Source: Vicugna vicugna
Taxonomy: Eukaryota
DNA: 64,000 bases
Assembly (NCBI GenBank): GCA_013265495.1
Contig: MU062453.1
Span: forward strand, 2,142,484-2,206,483
Direction: 5' to 3'
The number at the start of each line of letters is the position of its first letter. Position 1 is the stretch's first letter. The notes beneath the pieces are model-generated. The model searched no databases, was not told the DNA's origin, and worked only from the letters and a program-made list of their open reading frames with translations. Both the position numbers and the translations under genes were made by a program. Positions 24,741 to 34,084 of this stretch are shown piece by piece.

Positions 24741-26339
24741 TTCATACTCAGATTTCTATTAACACCCATTCTGCCACCCTTGTCTAGAACATCCCCTCCC
24801 TGAGAGCAGGAAACCAGATCTGGCTTTTCTGCATTTCTCACTATGCTCAGTGTACCACGGAGGCTTCATTCTACCCATGACAGGCCCTAAAAACGAGGGA
24901 CACAAGAAGTCCAGGGCAGCCCTTCAAGATCTGCCTCTGCCACATGGAATTAAAAGCAGAGAGGGATTCACCCAGCATTCTTTTGAGCAGGAACAATCCC
25001 TAAGCATAAAGGCTGGGAGAAGAGAGTGGAAAGACAGAAGAGAATCACGACCTGCAGGCTGCCAGCCTCGGTGCTGGGGAAAGCCTTGGTAATCAGCAGT
25101 TCATGAAGTGCTCAGCCCTGGATTTTGAAAACTGAAAGGCTTTCGGTTGTTTAGGGGTGGTTTCTGATGGAGCAAAACAACAGAGGTCTCCTGCAACTCA
25201 CAAACTGGAGGTATGGCTGGTCAAGTTACACAATCAGTCTGTTTCTGGCCCCAGCTTAAGGACACCCCAAAAGGACAAGGTATTAAGAAAGTCTGGATTC
25301 CCCTCCCCTCACTTGACAAGTAGGGGATACTGAGGCCAGGACAGGTGCAGGAGTGGTCCAAGACATCAAAGTCAGAACCAGCTCACCTCAAAACTGATAG
25401 ATTAAAAAAAAAAAAAAGACAAAGTCAGCAATTTCAAACTGTCAAGGAGATAACGTGGAAGTAGAGAAATCTTTTGTTTTTTCTGTTTCTTTAATAATAA
25501 GAATGGTTGATTCTAATCAATTTCCATTATTCCAGCTCCCTCGGTCTCTACACTTGGACAATTTAAAACCACAGTTCACCCAAACGCATTCTCTGTCTGT
25601 TCTGAAAGGCACTGCCAGGCACATCTAGGGCAAGGGCATGGGAGGAAGAGGTATACTTTCTTTCCCATTAATATAAAATTTGGTTTGTCTTTCCTCTTTC
25701 CCTTCCAGTCTGAGAAGCAGGGAGTGGCTCAGAAGGAGAAGTGAGGAGTTCCCTAGAATTTGACATTGCTCAGAGACACCAGGGCTGCCTACATCTTTAA
25801 TTCAGAAACTGCCAGCTTCAAACTGAGCAGATTTTTTTTCTCTTTTTTTTTCTTTTTTTGTTAAACTGTGAGAAAGGGAGAGACGGGAAAGAAACGCCAA
25901 CCCTGCCTTATTCTCACAGGCCTTTCTGGAAGGGTCCTTTAGCCAAATGGTTTTTCAATGCCTCTGCACAACTCTTCCCCCAACACACACACACACACTC
26001 TATCCTCAAGTTAAAACTTGGACCTCACACAGCCTCAGCTGCACCCCCAAGCCACAGGGGATCCCAGAGGATGCCAGGGTCTCCCTCTTTCCCCCAGAGA
26101 CTGGGAGCTGCAGTCTGGCTCTGGGGTTTCTGAAGGAACCTCCAGTGTCCCCTGCCCACCCCCACCCCCCACCACAGAGTCTCCTAACTTCCAGCCAGGC
26201 TCTCCCCAGCCCCACTCCCTCCACCCCCTAGCCACTTTTCTCACTTCCTAGGAGAGTAGGGAAGTAGCCCCTTCCTCCCTCTGACAGGGAAAAAAAAAAA
26301 AAAAGAAGAAATGCAGCATAGAATAGGGGTTTAGAGGTG

Positions 26340-26530
26340 GAACTGCCTTGGTTCAAAACTCGGTTAACTGAACCAGCTGTGTGATTCTGGGCAAGTTACT
26401 CAACCTCTCTGGAGCTAAACTCTTCCATCTGAAAAATGAGGGAACTATTCGTGCCTACTTCATGGGCTACTTGTGAAGATTAAACCTGATGACACACGTA
26501 GGCGCCTGGCACATAATAAGCGCTCAGTTG
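26340..26530 (+). mobile_element. MIR
   Basis: CAGCTGTGTGATTCTGGGCAAGTTACTCAACCTCTCTG...GCGCCTGGCACATAATAAGCGCTCA. Confidence 0.85.
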
Positions 26531-26796
26531 TTACTTTACAGAGTCTGACGCTGTGGTTTTGCAACTTGGACTTAGGGGAGGGTAGGGAGAGATGGGACTG
26601 AACCAATGAGTCGTGAGTTCGAAACCCACTGTCCCCAACCTCCAGCAAAAGCGTATGCGTGGGCAAAAGGGGTCCTACCCCGGGGTTTTGTCGACCTCTG
26701 TCCCTCCTCCAGGCTTTGGGTTTTATCCTACTGTACTCGGCGCGCGGGGACGCTGGGCTGTAAGATTTCTAAGGTCCTAGATGACTAGTCTGTAGT

Positions 26797-26810
26797 GCAC
26801 TAGGTGGCGA
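26797..26810 (+). promoter_or_regulatory. Candidate CTCF site
   Basis: GCACTAGGTGGCGA vs consensus CCASYAGRKGGCRS (12/14 match), at the intronic edge of the CpG island. Confidence 0.5.
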
Positions 26811-27212
26811 AAAAATCCCCGGGAAAAAGAACGCAGGAGCCAAAGCTCCCGGAGCCTGGGTCCCAGAGACCCTGTCTCATGGATGTAACTAATTTTCAAA
26901 TTATTTGAAATAAGGGGAGGGGGAAAGAAAAAGACAAAAGAGCAGCGTGCTGGGGGGGAAACGGGGTACGGGAGACCCCCGAGTAGGAGCAGCACCGCGG
27001 GGCTGGCCAGAGGCGACAGCCCAGCTCTGGAGGAGCCTCATCTCCCCACTCCTCTGCCTGCCCAGCGAGGCGCCCCTAAGGCGACTCTCGCGACCCCCAG
27101 GGACCGTGGCCACAGGTTATGGAGACCGCCCTGAGCCAGAGGCCCCGGTGCTCCCCAGCGGGTCTGGCGGCCGGAGCGGACGCTGTCCCCGCGCTCCCCA
27201 AGCGACACTCAC

Positions 27213-27425
27213 CGACTGCAAGAAGCGCAAGGTGCCCACGTAGTCCCTCTCGGTGCCCAAGATCTCGTTGAGGACGCAGAGGCGGAGGCGCAGCTGGCGC
27301 TCCGAATCCCGGGCGGCCGCGCACGGGCCGGAGCTGGGCGCAGTGGCGCCGGGGGCCCGGGGGTCCGGGTGGGCACCGTCCCCAGCCCCGGCGCCGCCGG
27401 GATCACTGCCGCCGGGCACCTCCAT
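27213..27425 (-). CDS. PREX1: PREX1 exon 1 coding part (N-terminus and start of the DH domain of P-Rex1 Rac GEF)
   Basis: Translates to [71 protein letters not shown] (71 aa, 213 nt). [29 protein letters not shown] matches the recalled P-Rex1 sequence (PREX2 has [24 protein letters not shown]). Strong Kozak context (agaATGG). The exon ends at TCG|GTGAGT, a phase-0 donor exactly where FLQS ends. The ORF-track extension to 27117 is intron read-through. Confidence 0.97.
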
Positions 27426-27486
27426 TCTAGCTCGGCCGCGCGGCGCCGGTTCCTTCCTCCACGCGGAGGTCGCGCCCAGCGGCGAC

Positions 27487-27507
27487 TCAGGCGTCCAGGC
27501 GCCCCAT
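27487..27507 (-). promoter_or_regulatory. uORF2 (MGRLDA*) in PREX1 5' leader
   Basis: gggATGGGGCGCCTGGACGCCTGA; strong Kozak (-3 G, +4 G); out of frame; stop ends 61 nt before the main ATG. Confidence 0.65.
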
Positions 27508-27536
27508 CCCTGACGGGGCGCGCTGGCGGGCCGGGC

Positions 27537-27557
27537 TCAGCGGCTGGCCCGGCGCAT
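27537..27557 (-). promoter_or_regulatory. uORF1 (MRRASR*) in putative PREX1 5' leader
   Basis: gccATGCGCCGGGCCAGCCGCTGA; ATG lies 132 nt upstream of the main ATG, same frame. Requires a TSS upstream of 27557. Confidence 0.55.
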
Positions 27558-29320
27558 GGCGCGGCGGGCGGGCGAGCGGGCGGGAGGGGGGGTGGGCGGC
27601 CCGGGCCGGGGGCGGAGGCAGCGCGCGGAGGCTGGACGAGGGGCGGGAGGGGGCCGGTCCTCGGGGCTCCCAGACGGCGGGCCCCGCCACCGCCACCCCC
27701 GCCGCCAAGGGAGCGTCTGCCAAGTGCCACGCCGCGCTCGAGCCGCAGAGGCGCTCTGTGCGCGCACGGGGCCCCTTGAAGACGCGCGGCGGCGCTGGGC
27801 GGCGCTGGGCGACTCGATCTGAAGCTCCGAGCGGCCGGAGAGGGGCGCCCGGGGCGCTCGGGCGGGAACCTTTCGGCAGGGGCCCCGCGGGGCCGGGAGA
27901 ACCCAAATCACAGCGCCCGCCGCGGCCGGCGCACCAACTCCGCGCCCAGACGCGTGGCGCCCCACCACCACCACGCCCGCCGCGGGCTACGCCACTCCCA
28001 CCCGGACACACGCGGCACCCACCGCGCGCAGCACACGCACGCAAGTCCGGCCGCCGCGGCCGCCCGCCGCCGCCGCGAGGGCTGAGTCAACACCGGCTTG
28101 GAAAAGCTGGCAGGGAGCAAACCCGCGCCGCCACGGGAAGAAAGCGGCAACCCCTGTCCGTGCCTTTGGGACACCCGGCCCTTTGGGTGCCCTCAGGCGC
28201 TGCCACGACCTTGGGAAGGAAGGCTCGAGACTGTCTCTTTCTTACTCCTTTTCCCCCTCCCTTTTTCTTTCCTTCCGTTCTTTTTCTCTTTCTTTATAAT
28301 TCTATGCCCCCCATGAGGTGAGCCTGCCTTTCCAACCTTTCCTAGAGGAAAGTAATATCAAGTGGCAGCCGTTCAACCGTTTTGGCCGTGCCCCCCCACC
28401 CCCATCCACCCACCACCCGGGATAAGGCCTTGGGAAACCCGGCTTCTAGTCTAGGCTGCTCTGTGTGACCTTGATAATCAGCGAACTGCTGCACAAGTGT
28501 CCTCACCCGCCTCACAGGAAGGTATGAAGGGATGATCCCCCTGGGGCCTAGAGTCAGCTGCTCAGGTTAAAATCCCAGCTCCCACATTTGCTCCTTTCCT
28601 TGGGTGGCCTTGCCCTGGTTTCCGGGCCTCAAGAACCTCAGTGTTCTCATCAATACAAGGGAAATAATCGTGGTACCTAGCTTATGGTACCTGCACAGGC
28701 TTATGTGTTAATCTATAGGGAGTACTTAGAACAATGTCTAGCACGTAGAAAGTGCTCTATAAATATTTATTCTTAATTAAAGTTGCATGTATGAACAGGC
28801 CTCTTAGCCTGGCCCCACTCTCCAGACTGTCTGCACAATCCCTAACCTGCCCCTATTCACGAGCCAGAGGTTGTACTGTCTCCTCAGTGGAATGGCTGAT
28901 TCTTGTAATATCCCTCTATATACTGCAATCGTCCTTTAGGCCGAAACACTATTGCTTATTTATCTTCTGTTCCAGATACCCAGAATTGTTCTCCCAGTGG
29001 CCTCTGGGTAAACATTGTAAGTGCTTAAGGACACAGAGAGAGAGTGGGCTGGCTTCTGCCCTCTCAGAGCTCTGTATCTTTGTGAGCTTGGACAAGGCAA
29101 CATTTGCCTTGGGCCTTGGGTAAGTGAAGGTTCCCCTGGACAGAGAGTCAAGGGTGTGAGGGCCGTGAGCCTGCCAGGTTTCAGTAGTGGAATCAGTTGT
29201 GTCCAAAGGGTGGCTGGCTCTTAGGTTCTCCAGAAGTTCTCTGGAGTAACTCTGCTGTGTGACCTTGAACTGGTGATAGCACCCCCCACCCTCAGTTGCC
29301 TTATCTTTAATTAATCCTCT

Positions 29321-29488
29321 TCTTAGTTGTGGGAAGGTGGCATCCTATGCACTGTAGGACATTTAGCAGACATACTGTACCCACTAGATGCCGGTAGCAC
29401 TCCCTCCCCAAATGTGACAACCAAAAATGTCTCCACACGTTGCCAAACGTCCCTGAGGGACAGAATTACCCCCAGTTGAGAACCATTG
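29321..29488 (-). mobile_element. MER20
   Basis: CCCACTAGATGCCGGTAGCAC...GTGACAACCAAAAATGTCTCC...GTTGAGAACCATTG. Confidence 0.82.
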
Positions 29489-30059
29489 ATACAAAGTCCC
29501 TGACACAGATAGCTGGCACATAGTAAGTATTTAATAAATGTTAGTCCCCTTCCCAGCTGTGACCAAGGATGATGAACTTCAACTTCAGAGATATTTCTTC
29601 CACACACACACACACAGACACACACACAGATCCCATACTTCACCCAAAAATTGGCCCGCACTGCCAACAAGCCCGATCCAGACGTTTCCGCATTTGTGGA
29701 TGGAGCCCATCCCTGGCCCACCCCGTCTCTTCTACATTCTTTTACCCTCTCAGATTCCTCTGGAATATTTCTCCCCCACCAGCCCGTTCATAGTGAAGAA
29801 TGATACAAGTCTTAATAAATTACTTAGGCTCTCTGTGCTTCGTTTCCATCATCTGGGAACTGAGGATCATAACTGTACCCACATCATAAGGTTGTTGCAA
29901 AGACTCCTGAGTTAATATGAGCAAAGTGCTTAGAGCAGATAGCAAGCGCTCCATAAGTTGAAGGCTTTAATTTATTCAACTCATGGATTGAGTGCTGAAT
30001 CCATCCGGATACACTGAGATGCACGGAGGAGAAAAATGGGCTACTGATGGGTTAATCCA

Positions 30060-30410
30060 TAGGACATTTTATTTAACAGGAGGTCCAGAGGAGGTTGGTT
30101 CCTCAGGCTGGTTCAGAACTTGGTGGCATCATCAAGGACCAAGGCACCTACGAACCAGCTGTCCTCATCATGTTGGCTTTTCCTCCAAGGTCTGGGGCCT
30201 CAGAGTCGCAAGATGGGCTGCTGTACCTGCCATATCACCAGCTAACACAACTCCACAGCAGAAAAGGAAAGAGGAGGTTAAAGGGGGTGATCCTCTGTGC
30301 TTCTCTTTTATCACAGGGAGAAAATGTTCCCCAAAAGCCACAGCAAGCAGACTCTCCCTTATACCTCACAGGCCAGACTGGGTCATGTGGCCACCTTTAA
30401 ATCATCCCTG
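30060..30410 (-). mobile_element. MLT1 (J/K/L-like) LTR fragment
   Basis: GGCATCATCAAGGACCAAGG...CAAGATGGGCTGC...CAGACTGGGTCATGTGGCCACC. Confidence 0.55.
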
Positions 30411-31538
30411 AGCAAGAGCAGGCTTGTCACTATCAACTTAGAACCATCCTGCTCTATTTCCTGGGGCATGTCTGCCCGAACAACTTGGGGTTCCATTGTT
30501 AAGAGAGGTGTCTGCCACAAGCACCTACTATGTGCTAAGCATTGGGTGAGGAGCTGAGACTGCAGAGGTGAACGAGACCAACAACATTCAGGCCCTCATA
30601 GAGCTGACATCACTCCAGCAGAGGGGACAGACAATAAGGAATTAAACAAATGAACACAGCAAGTTCCTTCTGCCATTCATTCAATGAGTGTTTATTGAAG
30701 GCCTGCCAAATGCCAGGCTGGCATACAGCAATGACCACGGCAGATAAGTTTCCTGCCTTTCTGGAGCTTCCAGTCTAGAGCGGAAGGAGAAAGACAGTAA
30801 CCAAGTTAACAATCGATAAATCAGTAAACAAGCAAACACAAAAACGAGATGCTTTCAGCTTCTCCAGAGTTGTTTGGTGGCACCTCTAGGCCTCTGCCTA
30901 CCCAGGTCTCATTACTCAGATAGAGAGGTCCGCCCTGGAGTCATCAATGGGGACTCCCTTGGTCCGGGGCTGGTTGCCTCCCGGCTAATGCTGGCACAGA
31001 GCAACTCGCTGAAGCAAACATGACTAAGGAATCACAGGCTGGGGGAGATTTCCTTTTTCTATCCCTGTTTCAGGCTGAGCCCTTCTCCCTCCTTCCCCAT
31101 CACATCCACCCCTACCCTCCAAGATCTTTAGTGGGGAGCCCTGAGATCCATGTCTATCTCCAGGACAGGGGCCTAAAATAGGCTATAGCTAGGAAACATT
31201 CTGCAAAAGAACAGAGAGAAAAGAGGGGAGGACTTTCAGTTCAGCAAGTTAAAGGGGGAAAAAAAAAAGCAATTGTAATGATAGGGAAATTCTCTTCAAC
31301 AGGGACAATTTTAGAGTTTCTGTTTCCATGTACTTTGCAAATAGTGGGAAATACCATTTCGTTTCTGTTGCATAAGTTTCACGGTTGTGGGGAAGAAGTT
31401 AAAGCTGCTTGGAAACATTAGAGAGTTCCTTCTTCCCTGATGAGATGCTCTCAGATTCTGCAGGCTCAGGATTTGAAGACCCCCTTCCCAAGCTCTGCTT
31501 TAAAAAAAAAATGATAATAATAATTAAGATAAAGCAAG

Positions 31539-31708
31539 CATTCTTCTGTAGAGCACAGGGACCTAAATTCAACATCTTGTAGTAGCCTATAGTAAAAAAG
31601 AGAATATGAAAATGAATGTATGTATGTATATGTATGACTGAAACATACTGTACACCAAAAATTGATACAACATTGTAAACTGATTATGCTTCAATAAAAA
31701 ATATATAT
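31539..31708 (+). mobile_element. 5'-truncated L1 3' end (camelid type)
   Basis: AGCACAGGG...GTATATGTATGACTGAAAC...CTTCAATAAAAAA. 10-bp TSD ATAAAGCAAG (31529-38 / 31709-18). Confidence 0.85.
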
Positions 31709-32529
31709 ATAAAGCAAGGAAAAGCAAGGGGTGGGGTGTTTTTTTTTGCCATCCCAAGCTGAACAAGCCAGGTGAGAAATGAGTTATTGGACTGCCCCTG
31801 CCCAGGATTGCCAATCATTTCCCAAATGCAAATGAGTTCTCAGTAAGGCAGGCCAGCTGCCCAGGGAGCCTTTCCCCCATTCAGAGCACCAAGAGCAGCT
31901 TTCTGAGAAGAGAAAAGGGGCGTCTCCACCCATGGCATTGGACAAAACAGCGAGACAACCCAACCCAACCCAGTGCTGGACACGCAGGCCAGGGTTCATT
32001 TCTTCAGACCAGAATATAATTCTCTTGCTGATAGTCTTAGCTGAGCTATCCCTAACTGCCCAAGTCAAAACTTCTCCAAAGGAGGCCTTGCTGTTGGAAG
32101 CAGATAACTCCAGAAGGCTCTGAAGGTCTGATTCAAACATAATAGATATCAGATTAAGTCAGGGCTCCAGAGCTTTGCCAAATCATATTCCTTCCAGAAA
32201 GCATTGGAAATACAGCCCGGAGGAAACAGAGAAGGAAATGCTTAGGACCCTCTGTTCAAATCCTGGCTCCTCTACTGACATGGTACCTTGTCCTTTTCCA
32301 GCCTTTGGAAGTTGTCGTAGCTCTAGAGACCAGGTGCCTGGGTTCAAATATCTGCCCCACCAATTCCTAATTGTGTGATTTTGCACAAGTGACTTTGTCT
32401 CTTTAGACTTTGATGAATCTACCTGTAAATAAGAGACAATAATGGGCCAAAAAGGGTTGTTGTGCAGATCAAAATACTTAATAGATCCAAAATGCTTAAA
32501 CTTCCTGGTCCTGATACTCAGTTGAGTGT

Positions 32530-32797
32530 TAGCTATTGTAACCAGGTGAGGCCATGATGTTTGGAGATGTGGCAGCCATCTTGACACCATGAGGGAGGAC
32601 ATTGCTGACCAGCTGATGACAAAAATGACAGATGGAAAGAACTTCAATCTCTGATGTTGCTGAGCTCCTAAATTACCCAACTGTGGAACCACCCTGCCTC
32701 TGGACTTCTTGTATTATAAGATAAAAACATTTCCTTATTGTTTAAGCCAAATGAGTCAAGTTTTCTCTATTTGCAACCAGAAACATCCTAACTGATT
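32530..32797 (+). mobile_element. MLT1 LTR 3' fragment
   Basis: GCAGCCATCTTG...CTGCCTCTGGACTTCTTG...TTGTTTAAGCC...TTTGCAACCAGAAACATCCTAACTGAT. Confidence 0.7.
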
Positions 32798-32851
32798 TGC
32801 TTCCTTTCCCCTAGATTTCTCCCCACTTAGGTGACCTGAATCCTCTGTTTA

Positions 32852-32960
32852 TAGGATGATCAAACACCCCAGTTTGCATGGGACAGTCCCAATTTGTACT
32901 TGTTGTCCCAGGATAACTATTGTTAATAACATCTCAGTTGGGATGATTATGGTCACCTTA
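32852..32960 (+). mobile_element. MER81-like MITE (hAT-Blackjack)
   Basis: TAGGATGATC...CCCAGTTTGCATGGGACAGTCCC...TATGGTCACCTTA. Confidence 0.7.
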
Positions 32961-34084
32961 CCCTTTGAAATAAGCATTGCCCACTTCCTACTTCTGTCTT
33001 AAAATGCAGATGCCGCAGAGAGGTCTCTCTCCACCACGTTGCTTTCCCAATGAAGCAGAGATCTAAGGTTTGTAACATGAAGACTGGATTGGGGGGGGTA
33101 AAAATTAAGAAAAAGTTTCAGAAATAGATTGGTGCATAAAAGGTAAATTCTACAACTTAGACAAGGCCAGAGATTGACCTGGATGGTGTATCTTGAAATT
33201 CTGCAGCAAGGGCTGCCAGATGGTTTCCGCAGACATACTGGACACACATTTATATGTCTGGGTTTTTTTTTTTTCAGTTTGTTTCCTGGACTGAAAGCTC
33301 AAAAATAGGGCTGCCCAGTCCAAATCCAGACACCTGGCAATCCCAGTGGTAACTTTTACTGAAAGTTGATGGTTTCCTCTTTAGCCAGCAGAAACACAAA
33401 CAGCCACACCCTCTTTAAATGCCATTTATGCTGCAGCCTGCCTTCCAAATTTCTTGGTCAAATTCCATTCCTGGAGCCTCTATTCAAAGGGAGAAAGTTC
33501 TAATAACAACTATTACCATTTTTGAGCATTCACTATGGACCAGGCACTATTAAGATGTGACATCAAATTTTTACAATCACCCTTCATGGTAGTTTTTATC
33601 ATTATCTTTTACAGATGAGAAAACTGAGGCTCTGCAAGGAACCCAATCAATGCCCGTGTATTACTGAGGATAAAGACAGGCGCTGTGCAAAGACCCAAAT
33701 AGTAACACATTTAAAAAAAAAAAATAAAGTTTATTTCTCTCTCATGTTACAGTGCAGGCATAAACAACCCAGGGAAGGAATGGAAGACTCAAAGTGTTGG
33801 GGGCCAGGTTCCTTCCAACTTGTAGCTCCACCATCCTTAATATGTGGTATCCACTGTATGCTCCAGCACCACTTTCCAACCAGCAGAAAGAGAAAGGGAG
33901 AAAGGAAGGGAATACTGGTTCTTTAAATATCCCAAACTGGAACTTCCGTTCCCACCCAACAGGCCAGACCTTTGCCACCCAGGTGTGTCTGACCCCAAAC
34001 CCATGCCAAGCCATGTCTCAGGTGTTCCCAGTAGACAGTGAGAATCTTGTTTTCATCATAGAAAAATGCCAAGCACACCTAAAT

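Larger units (their letters stand above)
1..27212 (-). other. PREX1: PREX1 intron 1, proximal 27 kb (continues beyond window start)
   Basis: GTGAGT donor at 27212-27207. I saw no sequence encoding the expected exon-2 peptide (AFLHRIRQN...) in 1-27212. Confidence 0.9.
26690..28230. promoter_or_regulatory. PREX1: CpG island / TATA-less PREX1 promoter
   Basis: Very GC- and CpG-dense segment spanning exon 1. GC boxes GGGGCGGAGG at 27609-27618 and GGGGCGGGAG at 27640-27649 suggest a TSS near 27560-27590 (inference). Boundaries approximate. Confidence 0.9.

Noticed and set aside
27117-27212. C-terminal 31 aa of the 102-aa ORF (VSVAWGARG...)
   Set aside because: Read-through into intron 1; P-Rex1 similarity stops exactly at the GTGAGT donor.
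27209-28321. Many 85-187 aa Arg/Pro/Gly/Ala-rich ORFs on both strands
   Set aside because: Stop-codon scarcity in a very GC-rich CpG island; low complexity, no domains.
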